Made by a program: the position numbers and the translations under genes
IMG/VR virus record: IMGVR_UViG_3300036770_007999
Coordinates: 14,137 to 78,136 of that record
Reading direction: 5' to 3' (one strand)
From: a virus
Length of the DNA stretch: 64,000 bases
Shown: piece after piece, positions 19,957 through 31,000 of the stretch
Layout of the letters: every line of letters begins with the position of its first letter
Position numbering within the stretch: position 1 is the first letter of the stretch
The notes under the pieces: generated by a model
Told to the model about the DNA's origin: nothing
Seen by the model: only the letters and a program-made list of their open reading frames with translations
The model's database searches: none

Positions 19957-20687
19957 CCGATTAGCCACGACTTGATATGATAGTGCACCGGACCCCATTG
20001 AGCCACTGTGTTGATGCGCACAGGATCGATTTCCAATGTGAGTTCTTTTGTCCAATCATTGGTCTTGATTGGGTTGATGCCCGGTTTCATGTGGACTATA
20101 GATGGTCCTAGGCCCGAAGGCAGTGTCACACGCTCTATCCCCATGATCACAGCCGCCATGGCATAAACTACATCCGTGGTAGGTTCTTCATCGGGGTATT
20201 TCAACAAGGTTCGATATGACGCCCAATAGATGAAAATCGCGCGTACGAGCCTGAAAAATTCCTGCGCTGTCTGGCTCACGCGCCAATAAGTTACGGCATT
20301 GTACACATCTGGCAAGTGGTTGTGATCAAATGTTCGACGATAGGTCCGGCACAATGTGTGTTGATCGTAGAAGTCTCGAGCACCTTGGCTGATCACCACA
20401 TCTCGCAGTTCAAACAAGTTCCACCAGTGATCGATTGGACTGGCCAAGATCATGTCTGCTTCCAGTTTGATGGTTTCACGATAAGGGCTGACCTGCCAGC
20501 ACTGCCAGTCGTTAGCGAAACCACCTAGGTCGCCATGCGGTAAATCTAGATCCGTAATCACAGTGACGTGGGCGTCCGGATGCCATGTGAGGATGCTGCG
20601 ACGCAGTCTGTCAGCGCAGGCTTTGTAGTCCGAGCCATCTCGATCCACGGCCATGATCAGATAGCCACGTTCATGCGTGATCGGCAA
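19953..20687 (-). CDS. GT8-like glycosyltransferase
   Basis: RGYLIMA..SPYRETIKLEADM..LPDVYNA..TTDVVYA..VHMK. TTG start at 20687 with GGAGG 6 nt upstream. Confidence 0.6.
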   Translation of the reverse strand: MPITHERGYLIMAVDRDGSDYKACADRLRRSILTWHPDAHVTVITDLDLPHGDLGGFANDWQCWQVSPYRETIKLEADMILASPIDHWWNLFELRDVVISQGARDFYDQHTLCRTYRRTFDHNHLPDVYNAVTYWRVSQTAQEFFRLVRAIFIYWASYRTLLKYPDEEPTTDVVYAMAAVIMGIERVTLPSGLGPSIVHMKPGINPIKTNDWTKELTLEIDPVRINTVAQWGPVHYHIKSWLIG

Positions 20688-21426
20688 CGATGGCCTCCAA
20701 CTGTGTTTTGCCCATGGCATGGAAATCCTGCGATATCGTGATCCAACGAGCACGATTGGCAGTGTCTTGGAAATCTACACGATACTGGTCCTGGCCAGTC
20801 TGTCGTAGCCTGTGGTCAGGTATCAGCGTGGCCAGGCCCCAAGGAATCGCGGCATGATCCAACCAGTGTCCATCACTGACCAACATGGCTATGCTGAGGG
20901 CGTGATCGTTGCGATAGGTGGCCTGGCGTATCTTGTAGAGATCGCGATAATGGCTCCAATTATCACGCACCATCCGCATCATATCGAAAATGAAACGTGC
21001 GTGATCGCTGCGACGGAACATCATCACAGTGGCCCACCACATGGGCATCCGATGTTCCCCGAAGTGATTCAACCCCTGGAAATCGTTGCAGCCAGTGATG
21101 TCATAGGCTGATCGGTGTGCTAGAAAATCTTGATCTGCCTCAAACAGGCTGCCAAGAGTATCGCTGGCCACCACGTAGTCGGCATCCAGCACCAAGGTAC
21201 GATCCCACGGCGTGACATCATATGCATCAACCCTACTGGCATTGTGCCAGGCCACATGTCCTAGATCAGTGAAATGTCTGCTGTTGCTGCTGTGCGGATA
21301 TTGGTCAGTGACAATGTAAGTGGGTATGCCAAGATGACGCTGAATGTTGCCGGCATTCCAGCGGGCCATGGCCTCATAGTCAGTGGCACCATTGTTTACA
21401 GCAAAAATCAATGCTCCAGTGGTCAT
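20671..21426 (-). CDS. GT8-like glycosyltransferase
   Basis: GALIFAVNN..TPWDRTLVLDADY..WWATVMMF..YRNDHA..HAMGK; paralog of the neighbouring gene. Confidence 0.62.
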   Translation of the reverse strand: MTTGALIFAVNNGATDYEAMARWNAGNIQRHLGIPTYIVTDQYPHSSNSRHFTDLGHVAWHNASRVDAYDVTPWDRTLVLDADYVVASDTLGSLFEADQDFLAHRSAYDITGCNDFQGLNHFGEHRMPMWWATVMMFRRSDHARFIFDMMRMVRDNWSHYRDLYKIRQATYRNDHALSIAMLVSDGHWLDHAAIPWGLATLIPDHRLRQTGQDQYRVDFQDTANRARWITISQDFHAMGKTQLEAIVADHA

Positions 21427-21728
21427 CTCTGCTGCGCGAGTGAGTCATGTTCGATCAACCATGCCGTCATCTGTTCCTGCCATCGCTGCATGGCAATATC
21501 ACGCAGTTCCGCAACCGTGATGCGCACCGGTGTCTGATAGAGGTCCAAGATCACTGCTTCGGCATCCGGACAAACTGCCAGGAGGTTCAGCAGTTCCGGG
21601 CCGGCCTGCCACATGCCACCAGAATAGGCAAAGGTCATTTTGGCTTGATATTTTTCTATGAGCAAACGCCGGGCTGCTGCATGTTCAAATCGGGCACGCC
21701 CGTGCGCAATCAATTGATCAGTATCCAT
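21423..21728 (-). CDS. Hypothetical phage protein, first gene of the modification operon
   Basis: 101-aa ORF directly after a sigma70-like promoter; ATGA-coupled to the next gene. Confidence 0.7.
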   Translation of the reverse strand: MDTDQLIAHGRARFEHAAARRLLIEKYQAKMTFAYSGGMWQAGPELLNLLAVCPDAEAVILDLYQTPVRITVAELRDIAMQRWQEQMTAWLIEHDSLAQQR

Positions 21729-21734
21729 AGGATG

Positions 21735-21763
21735 ATTTTAACAGAAATGTGTTGCAAAGTAAA
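21735..21763 (-). promoter_or_regulatory. Sigma70-type promoter (TTTACT-N17-TAAAAT, extended -10 TGn) upstream of the modification operon
   Basis: Minus strand TTTACT ttgcaacacatttctgt TAAAAT catcct ATG; ATG is 6 nt after the -10 element. Confidence 0.6.
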
Positions 21764-21781
21764 GGGCTCTAAGGCCCTTTT
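21761..21781. terminator. Likely intrinsic terminator after the tail-fibre genes
   Basis: AAAGGGC-TCTAAG-GCCCTTT hairpin with A/T flanks, in the intergenic gap. Confidence 0.55.
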
Positions 21782-21806
21782 GGTGAGATGCTATCTGTTT
21801 GCTAGG

Positions 21807-22814
21807 TTAGGCCACTGCGGCAGCAATCGTGGGTGTACCCCATGCAGCCGATGTTAGATATGTGGTGCTAGGCGGCAGATATGTGAGCAAGGTAGTAGGT
21901 GCTGTGCCGGTGATCGTGGTGCTGGGACTGGAAGTGGCAGTGCCACCGGAAATGTTTGCAGTGGTTCCTGCAGCCGAAGTACCGTCATCGCTCCAGACCG
22001 TGGTAAAGGTCAGTATGTTAGAACCTGCATCAAGAGCCACCTGGGTGCGGATGAACTCTGGGGTGTAGGGGGCAGATGCATTGTTGAGTTGGAAGATGGT
22101 AGTGGCTGCTGCGCCTGGCGTGAGGTTGTAAAATCCCGTGGTTGTTGCCAGGGTGGTCTCCGTGCCTCCAGAGCCGTTGAGACGTGTGGTGCCGGTGTAG
22201 GCTTGGCCTGCGATGGTGTTGGTGGTGGAATTCACACGACCTGTGAAATAGATCTGGCCGGGCTGGCCGGCCAGGGTGTTCCAGTCTGGATCATGGTCTG
22301 TGCCTGTGCTGGACTTACCGTACTGTAGTTTGCAGATGCCGCCGGCATTGAAAAAGTAACGTGCAGCATTGGCCGATGCGAAAGTCAGAGTATGAGTGAA
22401 AGTGATGGTCCATGCAGCGGTGCCAGATCCTGTGGTACCGGTCTTGGATGTGGTACCGGAAAATGTACCAACTTCTGTGCCAGATGCCACTGCGTTGCCT
22501 CTATTGCTGGTGATGTTGGTGAGATCGGTATTCAATGCAGCCAGGATAGTGATGGTATCACCAGTGACAGGGGCGGTGCGCGCCGTGATAGAAGTGCCTG
22601 TGTGGTTGCCCATGGCAGCGATGTTGTTCACAAGACTGGCCCAATTTGTAGCGGTCACAGTAGCAGCAGCACTCACAGTGCTCAATGCTGACTGACCGTA
22701 TCCTTTGTCGCCTGATCCGGTCGACCAGATATCGTTCACATTTGCGCCTGATGTTGTTGAAGCGAATCCGTTGTAATCTGTGGCCTGGATCAATCCACCT
22801 ACTGAATACGTCAT
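21807..22814 (-). CDS. Thr/Ser/Gly-rich virion structural protein (tail fibre/baseplate associated)
   Basis: MTYSVGGLIQATDYN..GYGQ..ARYFFNAGG; very rich in T/S/G/A; lies in the tail block. Confidence 0.7.
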   Translation of the reverse strand: MTYSVGGLIQATDYNGFASTTSGANVNDIWSTGSGDKGYGQSALSTVSAAATVTATNWASLVNNIAAMGNHTGTSITARTAPVTGDTITILAALNTDLTNITSNRGNAVASGTEVGTFSGTTSKTGTTGSGTAAWTITFTHTLTFASANAARYFFNAGGICKLQYGKSSTGTDHDPDWNTLAGQPGQIYFTGRVNSTTNTIAGQAYTGTTRLNGSGGTETTLATTTGFYNLTPGAAATTIFQLNNASAPYTPEFIRTQVALDAGSNILTFTTVWSDDGTSAAGTTANISGGTATSSPSTTITGTAPTTLLTYLPPSTTYLTSAAWGTPTIAAAVA

Positions 22815-22824
22815 GTCGTGTTCC

Positions 22825-24177
22825 TTATTTGATAGTGACTATGGCTTCTACCATGCCTTCGTTGGTGTCTTGTCGATCTTCCAGAGCACGACCAATCACA
22901 TTGAATGCAGTGGCTTCTCCGGGCAGGGCGGCACGGGCAAGACCATTGCCGGCAGCTACCAACCGATCGCCTTTGCGCACAGCGCCTACCACGCGCACAG
23001 GAACTCGACCTGTCATGGCCACTGGAGGGTGTGTGGCATCTGACCCTGCACCATGATTCATGGTAAAGGCTGCACGGGTACTTATCACACCAAAAACATT
23101 ATCACTGAGTTCCTGACGGCTTTTGGTAATTTCTGCGCTGCCTCCCAGTTCTACCACAGTTCCTGGTTCATACACAGTATCAGCATGGAATCTCTCCGCA
23201 ACGTCAGCATACAAGGCCGTGGTCGCGGTGGCAAACACAGTGTTGAAATATCCTGAGCTGGACCCAAGGTTGCCAACACCGTTGGCATTGAGGTTTGTGA
23301 GTCCGGTCACACCCGGGATGCCTGTAGCTCCATTGATGTTGATTGCAGTAGTGTTCACGCCACCGTCATTGACTTGAAGTGTGAGATTGCCATCTTGTGT
23401 TTGATTGCGCAGGAAAACATCACTGCCTGTGATGATAATGCGTGCATCGCTGTCCGCGCCCACTGACAGGCCGGAATCGTTGAGTATGCCTAGTGTGCCC
23501 GTGGTAGTTTGATTTACATTGCGTTGGATAAAACCAGTGCTGGCGATACCACCCAGTAGATTAGAATCTGATGCGGTGCCACGAAACAGAGCATTGCTTA
23601 CAGTAGAACTAAGTTGGATACCGGGTCCGATGGTAGCGAATCCTGTGATGGCTACCTGTGGTGTAAAAGTGGCATCTTTGGAAATGATACCAACAATGGT
23701 ATTGTTTACGAACAGTTGTACAACTACGTGATCCACGGCCACGTTGTCTGTGATGGTGGTCACAATTGCGCCAGAAGTGCCCTGGCCTGATGTGGAAGCC
23801 GGTCCTACCAGGATAAAGGAGGTACCGTTGTAAACTTTTAATTGCTGATTGGTAGTGTCAAACCAAAGATCGCCTGTGACGTTGCTGGTGGGAGTGCTGG
23901 CACTGGCAGTGGCAGCAGAGATAGTCTTGAACGTGGTACCGTTGTAGACCTTCATGGTATTGGTGGATTTGTCCCACCAAAGCTGACCTGTGAGTGGCGC
24001 ACCTGGAGCAGTGGTATTGGCACCGTTTTCCAAGAGGTGGATAAAGTTTTCATCCAGGAACTCACCGTAGCCCGCGTAGTTCTTGCCTACCAGGATCATG
24101 CTTGAACTGGTATTGATGGTACCATCCGCCACTGTGGCGAATATAGTACCGTCTGTTAAGTTAATGGTATATGCCAT
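22825..24177 (-). CDS. Tail fibre/baseplate protein with C-terminal autocleaving intramolecular chaperone (peptidase G2-like)
   Basis: GKNYAGYGEFLDENFIHLLEN; two G(Q/D)LW(W/F)D..(M/L)KVYNG repeats; YADVAE..YEPGTVV..GVIS..PVAMTGRVPV..KGDRLV. Confidence 0.75.
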   Translation of the reverse strand: MAYTINLTDGTIFATVADGTINTSSSMILVGKNYAGYGEFLDENFIHLLENGANTTAPGAPLTGQLWWDKSTNTMKVYNGTTFKTISAATASASTPTSNVTGDLWFDTTNQQLKVYNGTSFILVGPASTSGQGTSGAIVTTITDNVAVDHVVVQLFVNNTIVGIISKDATFTPQVAITGFATIGPGIQLSSTVSNALFRGTASDSNLLGGIASTGFIQRNVNQTTTGTLGILNDSGLSVGADSDARIIITGSDVFLRNQTQDGNLTLQVNDGGVNTTAININGATGIPGVTGLTNLNANGVGNLGSSSGYFNTVFATATTALYADVAERFHADTVYEPGTVVELGGSAEITKSRQELSDNVFGVISTRAAFTMNHGAGSDATHPPVAMTGRVPVRVVGAVRKGDRLVAAGNGLARAALPGEATAFNVIGRALEDRQDTNEGMVEAIVTIK

Positions 24178-24198
24178 GTTGTTGCTCCGTCCTATCTG

Positions 24199-24204
24199 TA
24201 TTTA
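24199..24204 (-). promoter_or_regulatory. gp55-type late promoter TAAATA
   Basis: TAAATA 21 nt upstream of the 24177 ATG; a second copy at 24224-24229. Confidence 0.65.
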
Positions 24205-24226
24205 TGCAACTGTAATCTACCCATAT

Positions 24227-24847
24227 TTATGCAGCACTGAGGTTTGTCAGTGTCTGTATACGCACAGTGTAATCTATCTGTATCTGCCGATTAAGACTCT
24301 TTTGCACCGGATGGAAGATCACATGGGTGATCAACATTAGATCTTCGCCTGTACCTTCCCAGGCTTTAAGTCCTAGTTCGTCAAAAACAAATTCTCCGTT
24401 GAAATTGGTGGAGTTGTCAAAGGCCTGCTGTCCGGCTGGTTCACCATAGTCTAATAGACAACTTACCAAGATGTCTGTGTACACACGACCAGAAGTGTGC
24501 AACACAGTGAGATTGTTGCGTGTGGGATCTGTGTTGGCAGCGGAGTTTTGGTTGACTACCTTGAGATAGGTTTGGTTGTATAGATCCGCATTCTGCCCGG
24601 TGACATTAGGCGGCAAATAGGTTATCACGCCGGTAGGGTCTACGCTGGAACCGCCATTGCCAAATGCCATGGCATAGATATAGCCTACGCGCTGGCTGTT
24701 CACAGTAAGTTCTGCCAAGCTCTGCGCTAGAGCGATGCTCATGTTTTCGTAATGGATCGCGTTCTTTTTGTCTACCAAAACCTCGGACGTGACAGGATCA
24801 TAAATCCTGACGTGTCCTTCTATATGGACAGGACCCAGCGCAATCAT
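24227..24847 (-). CDS. Baseplate/tail structural protein
   Basis: GHVRIYD..KKNAIHYEN..MAFGNGG..LLDYGEP..FVFDELGL..LITHVIFHPVQKSLNR..IDYTVRI; in the tail block. Confidence 0.65.
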   Translation of the reverse strand: MIALGPVHIEGHVRIYDPVTSEVLVDKKNAIHYENMSIALAQSLAELTVNSQRVGYIYAMAFGNGGSSVDPTGVITYLPPNVTGQNADLYNQTYLKVVNQNSAANTDPTRNNLTVLHTSGRVYTDILVSCLLDYGEPAGQQAFDNSTNFNGEFVFDELGLKAWEGTGEDLMLITHVIFHPVQKSLNRQIQIDYTVRIQTLTNLSAA

Positions 24848-24987
24848 GCTCGCTGCTCCAGGATCACCGTACCGGTATTGGGATCGGAGATTTTGATGTG
24901 TTCGTCGATGTTGAGTCCAGTACTTTCATTGGGTCGAGCCGCAGGTTGCTGTGCTGGAATCGGAATAGAATTTTGGGTATCGCTCAT
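24844..24987 (-). CDS. 47-aa protein similar to the N-terminus of the downstream gene
   Basis: MSDTQNS..GLNIDEHIKISDPNTGTVILEQRA. TAAATA 5 nt upstream; ATGA overlap downstream. Confidence 0.65.
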   Translation of the reverse strand: MSDTQNSIPIPAQQPAARPNESTGLNIDEHIKISDPNTGTVILEQRA

Positions 24988-24992
24988 GTTAT

Positions 24993-24998
24993 TATTTA
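24993..24998 (-). promoter_or_regulatory. gp55-type late promoter TAAATA
   Basis: CATAAATA ataac ATG. Confidence 0.65.
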
Positions 24999-25003
24999 TG
25001 GTG

Positions 25004-28000
25004 TCAAAGTCCGCGTATAAATCTAGCCGCCAGGGTTTCTGTTTCCTGTAGTGGCACACCGTCGCTGGCAGTATTGATACCGGGCCGGTACCAACTTTCA
25101 CTACGGCGTACCCTGATACTGACTTGGTATCCTGAGTCTGGTGCTGTGGCAAACACTATGGTCACTGGATCACTGCCGGTCACAGTGTAACCCGATGTCT
25201 GCAGGATGCCACCAACATAGACCTCTACTGCCTCTACCAGTTCTGTGGAATCTAGATCAGTGATCACGATGCTTTCTGCTACAAACAGTGTCTGCGTGCC
25301 ATCTGCTAGAAAATTGTCAAAAACCACTCTATCCTGATATTCCGCTGGCAACAAATTGCCTAAACCGATGTCGTACACGGCCGTACCCGCGGCATGTTCT
25401 GCCGCGCCTGTGCCTGCTGTGCCTCGGCGCAGGCCGCTGATGGTGTTGTTCACAGTGTCTCGGTTGCGATAGGCTATGCGCTCGCCATTGATGGTTATCA
25501 ATCCAAATATGCCCTGCGGCAGATTGGGTTCACTCAATCGGCTGGCATCCTGCACGTAGATCGTGTCTCCTTGTGCTGCCAAACTTTGTGCCAGCACTGT
25601 GGTGGTGTCTGGTGTGATACGGTATGTGCCTTGAGTACCACGCATGTCTTGGAATATGCGGAACGCAAGGGCGTTGGGTACCACACTCTGTGTGAAACTG
25701 GTTATGGCCACCACGTCTGCGGGGCCAATCACTGTGCCCAGCAAGATTACCCGGGTTCCTTCTACCACGAAGCCTGATCCTTCGAACAGATAGAAACCAT
25801 TCAAAGTCACTTCAATTCGGCTTGCGTTGACGATGTCACGCCCTGTGTCAAATTCATTGGTCTGGATCACAGATCCTGTGCCAAAATCAAACGATCCGGG
25901 GGTGTCGGACACCGTGGCTTCGTCGTACAGCGTGGTGTCGTAGCCTTCGCTGATCTGGATACCGGTGGTGGTGGGACCCACAAAAACTTGTGTCAGTATG
26001 TTCTGTTCTCGGGTGTCATTGAACGTGGTCACGGTCAGGACGTCGCCAAACAAAGGCAGGATGCTGCTGCCGGATCGGAACACAAGATTAGTACCAGAGA
26101 TAAAGTAACCAGCAGCATGGTTGACGGAAATCAAGACTTGTGAGCCTACGTCTGGAAGATCGGTCAGTGTTATGGTACGATCTGTGCTGCCATCGTCAGG
26201 ATCCACTTGGTAGTCGACGCCCTGTGTCAAAGGTTCACCGTCTAAGTACACAGATACTTCGTTGTCTGCTATAAGACTCTGATCGTAGCCACCACGCGTG
26301 GGCAAATAGTATTGCAGGCTAGATCCGTCTGCGATATACTCCACACCTTCAGCTGGACGCACCCGCCGCCCATTGACCTCAACAATGATGTTGACAGGAT
26401 TGGTACCTTGGAGGCTGTTGTCCAAGGGGAATATCAAGGTGCTGCCGTCACCTATGTCGTTCTGTTGCACCGGCGCGCTCCAGGATCCCGAACCTGCGCC
26501 CAGGGCAGTAACGGCCACATAATCGGTGACAGTGAGCGTTTGACCAAACACGATATTGGTAGCGAAGTTGCCTGAGGCCGAGAAAGTAAAGTTGTCTGTG
26601 GGATCACCGTTGATGAATATGGCAAATTCAGATATGAGGCTGGTCTGTACCGGCACAGTGATGGTGTTGTTGGGTTGTGTGCCGGTATAGGCCTCGCGGA
26701 AGATCTGATTTCCACCGCCCAGACCGTATATCTGTATGGCTATCACATCACCCGCATTGGCACCTGAGATCACGCGCAGGGTGTGTGCTACCCAATCCAC
26801 AACATAATCTTGGTCCTCTATCAACTGCACGCCGTTGGTGATGTTGTACACCATGACCATGACCAACATGTCTACTTGGTCTGCAAAACTTAGATCGGCG
26901 TCTGCAGATGTGTATTCATAGTTGATCTGGCCAAGAGCGAATCCATGTCCGTCGCCTAACCAGTCGCCACCGGGCGTGGTAAACACACGGAAGTCCAGAG
27001 TGTCGAATATGGCACCCGGTACCAGTTCTTCAGGCGCATGGCTGGAGTAGGTGTCAACGAAGGCGCCGCCGGCCACTGTGATGGCATTGGCTGGACCAGT
27101 GGTAGGAGGATCACCGTTGTAGGCCGGAGCAGGCAAGGTACCCAGATAGGGATCAGTGAACTCGCTTTCATAGATCGCATCCAGGATCGCGGGATCGTAT
27201 GTGGGTTGGCCCTCGGGTCCGATGGAGATGTTATCAAAAGGATTGATGTCGTAGTTGCCCACATCAAATCCGGTGTTCTGATTGAAATTGGGACCACTGA
27301 CCTGCACACCTGGATAGTCTACACCCGATATCAACAAGGCCAGATCCAGTCCAGGTTCGTTCACCGTGGGTGCATAAAAGCCCATGGTGCGATCCACACC
27401 ACTCAGCGTGGCAGCATCTACCAAGGTCCAGTCCTCGGGATCAAAAGTCGCGGTTTCAACTGCTGTGCTGTCGTCGCTGCTGGCAGACCACACTCGGTCT
27501 TGATAGCGTACCTGCGTGCCATTGTCATACTGCACATTGGGCTGCCAATCCACAATGGTGGTCTGGTATTGATAACGGTCATATCGCAGGGTAGTGGTAA
27601 ATTCTCTGATCTTTTGGTTGCCCATCACTGCCACGGCCCTGGCACCGGTGCCGTTGCCACCTTCCAGCGTAATTAACGCTGTGGTCAGATAACCTTCACC
27701 AGGAGATACTACGTCTATGGCGATTACCTGTCCTGCGCTGTTGATACGAGCCGTGAGCACAGCAGGCGTTTCTGCTTCACCGGTGACGATCACCTGTGGC
27801 GGTACCGTATAGCCAGATCCCCCGTCTACCACTGCGACAGATTCTATGGTCAGCAGATAGTTCTGGAACCATTGATTCCATGGCAAGGTCTGCCAGATCG
27901 GACTGGTGCTGGGTGTGCTGGATGTAGTGCTCAAGGGATCATCGAGATTGTCGTCGAGCACTGGGCTGATAAACAAGTTCTGTGCGGAATCCCAGAAGGC

Positions 28001-31000
28001 CGGCACATCAAAGTCTGTCACAGTACCATCATACACATCATTGCCCTGATAGATCAGGTTGAACTCACGGATCTGAGTATGATAGGGCTTGACTTCCTGG
28101 ATGTAGTTCAACACGAAATCTTGGTTGTCCTGGCGATATATCTGGAACGGTTGCAGGTTGCGTATCACATGATCCACGTCAATCAGGCTGGTCTTTGTGA
28201 GCCACAGCGGTGCTACCTGCTCGCTCAGTATGAAGTTGAACATCAGCACTAACAGACGATTGCGCTCTATGGCAAGATCATCGATGAAGATCTCTTGATT
28301 GATGGCCTGAATGATCCTTCGTGTTTCCGTCACGGGTTCTTGATCGAAATACTGCGCATCAAAAACTTCCACGTCAAAACCAAACCTACCAATGCTGTAG
28401 TCCCAGATCTCCGGTGAGATAGCAATGGTTCCAGATTCTAGGCCTACTCGTGTGTACACACCGTCTTCAAACACGTAGATCTCGAATTTGCCTTGAGCAT
28501 TGGCCGTGACCTTGACACTGCTGCCAGGTGCTACCGTGATGGTTTCCAGATCGCTGAAGTTGGCCACTTCAGCAGCGATCACTGTTAGTGGATCGTAACC
28601 AGGAGCATACCAATCAATGTATGACCAGTAGCGCTTGGTGTCATAGTTCTGCACACGCACCAGGGCCAGTGTGCGGCTGCCGGGGGCGGTACCGGCCTGT
28701 ACTTCGTAGATGGTCCAGAGGCCATCGTTGGTTGCATCTGATTGCACCAAGTATAGGTAACCAACGGGCACCTGTGCCAGATCTTGATAACTCAGTTCCG
28801 TATCATTGGCCACGCGTTTGTTCCAGGCACCGCTGCCTGCTGCTGGTTCTGGCTCTTCGCTGTCCAACAATGGAAAGCGCCTGGTTTCAGCCAAGGGTAA
28901 AGTAGCCATCACACGGTTGGCCGCCACCAAATAGTTTTCCAAGGCCAGGAACCTGTTGGCGAATAGGCTCTGACGCGGCCGGAACTGGACGCCGTACAGT
29001 TCGCTGGGTGGTAGGAATGGATCTGGTACCAGGTTGCCTGCTATATCGACTCCGCAGAAACTGTCCTGCAGTTTGCGATACAGACTATCGGTAAGGAAGC
29101 CGTCGCCGCGTCCTTGCGGTATCAGTTGGTATTCAAGGTGTACAGCATCTTGATTGCGCTGCTGATCGTATTCCACGTGCAACACTGTGTCTTCGGCCTG
29201 GATATAGGGCAGGCCGTTGTAGATGGCTATGGTGCTGGCATTGATGGGGGCGATGTAGGCGATGCCGCTGCTGCGCGGTGCTTCGATGTAGCGCGTGATG
29301 GTATCTACGCTCAAGGTTTTGCGGGCTGCTCGATCTACTGTGCGAATACCAGTGACCCAGAAGAAGTAGGTGGTCTGGAATAGACCTTGTGCATCTATGT
29401 TGCTGGTCACGCTGTAACTGTTGATGTCGCGCACAGTGCCTGGACCGGTGTACTGCGCAGGCGGCACTGTGCTGGAGATCCACTGGAACACTTCCACGGT
29501 GCTGCCAGGAAACAGTTGTCCCCAGCGCCGGCTGGCATAAACGATGTCATCCTGATTGGGATCGATAAATCTGGCGTTGGTGGTGTTCCACCAGATCTGC
29601 CCCACCCGTGCCTGCGTCCAGGCATCTCCATAGTTGTTCACAGCACCCACGTTGTAGGCTGCCGGATCTATGGCGCCGATATAGTCCAGATTCTGACGAA
29701 CAGCACCCAACACGCGACCCTGCAAGGGATCAAAGAAATCAAAATACTGTTTGCTGGATCCCAGGAATCGGTCATACATGAACACTGTGTTCAAAAGATC
29801 AACATCGACCACAGGAGTCTGCTGCCGGATCGCCTGCCAACTTGGTTCACGTGTGGCGTTCACGTATTCGATCATGGCTCCATAGTTTGCAGCACTGTCT
29901 CCGCTGTCATCACCTGGTGCCCCTACCAGGAGCACGCCGGTGGTATAGTCTATGGCAGAACCAAACTGATCCAAGGGCGACAGCGCACTGTCATACAGTT
30001 GTTGACCAAACACAAACTGTCCGGGGTTATTCACGCTGGCATTGGCAGCAGGCAAGAAGTCATAGGTGTAGACCACTCCACTCTGTGTGACCGCATCCAG
30101 GAATTCTGTGCTGCGACCATCGAATATGGTAGTGTTGTTGTCAAAGGTACAAGGGTTGAATGCGCTGCCGTCCGGCGCTCCTACTACCAAGTCCACAGTG
30201 CTGTCACTGACAAACACTGTGGTTCCAAAATGGGAGTAGGATTGGGGGACAGGACTCGCGATGGTCTGCGTGTATACATAGGTTAGAATGCCTAGATCAT
30301 CAAACACAGTTCCTGTACCAGGCATCACTCGCAGTTTGTTCAAGACTGGTGCAGCATCAAAGTTAGTCACCGACAGCACCAGTCTAGCCCCTATGATCCT
30401 GATCTTGCTGGGTGCCAAGGGTGCAGTGACAAAAGTCACTGTGTTGGTGTCGGGATCGTAGGTGTAGTTTGCGGGATCTGACTGCAGCACGTTGTCCACA
30501 TAAACCAAAGTGGTATAGGTGTCTACGGCGGGTGCCGCATACAGTGCACCAGTGGAAAATTCCGTTGTGATGCCATCGGCATCGTAGTCTAGATCCTGTG
30601 TCAAAGACACAGTGACATTGGGGATGGCAGCGTCTCTGATGGCCTGGGCCATCACGGCCGACCAGTTTGTGGCCTGCCAAAAATCAGTGTCTGTGATGGC
30701 TGTGCCCGCGGGTACCGGAACACGAGCACGATACAGGCTTACTCCGCCCAGCAACACATAGTCATCCACGGCGTAGGTCAAGGCGCTGTTGTGCGCGGCC
30801 ACTATGGGCACTACCACGAATCTGTCATTGACACGCAGATAGTCGCCTGGAGACAGCACAGGATTTGCCACAGGGCTGGTGGTGATGCCGTACACTCGGC
30901 TCTGATTCAGTTGATATTCCACGTGGCCGGCTTCGGGCAGCACGGCACCATCATAGGGTGCGCCAATGTAGAGGCTGCAGTCATTGATGCATTGGTCTAC

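Noticed and set aside
2-21728. Bacterial LPS or antibiotic cluster flanking a prophage
   Set aside because: No integrase, att site, transporter or regulator; packing and contiguity with the tail genes indicate the locus is phage-encoded.
23992-24001. GAGTGGCGCA is the exact reverse complement of the first 10-nt insert (57077-57086)
   Set aside because: A single 10-mer match in 128 kb of two-strand sequence has roughly a 1-in-8 chance; no adjacent match to the second insert was seen.
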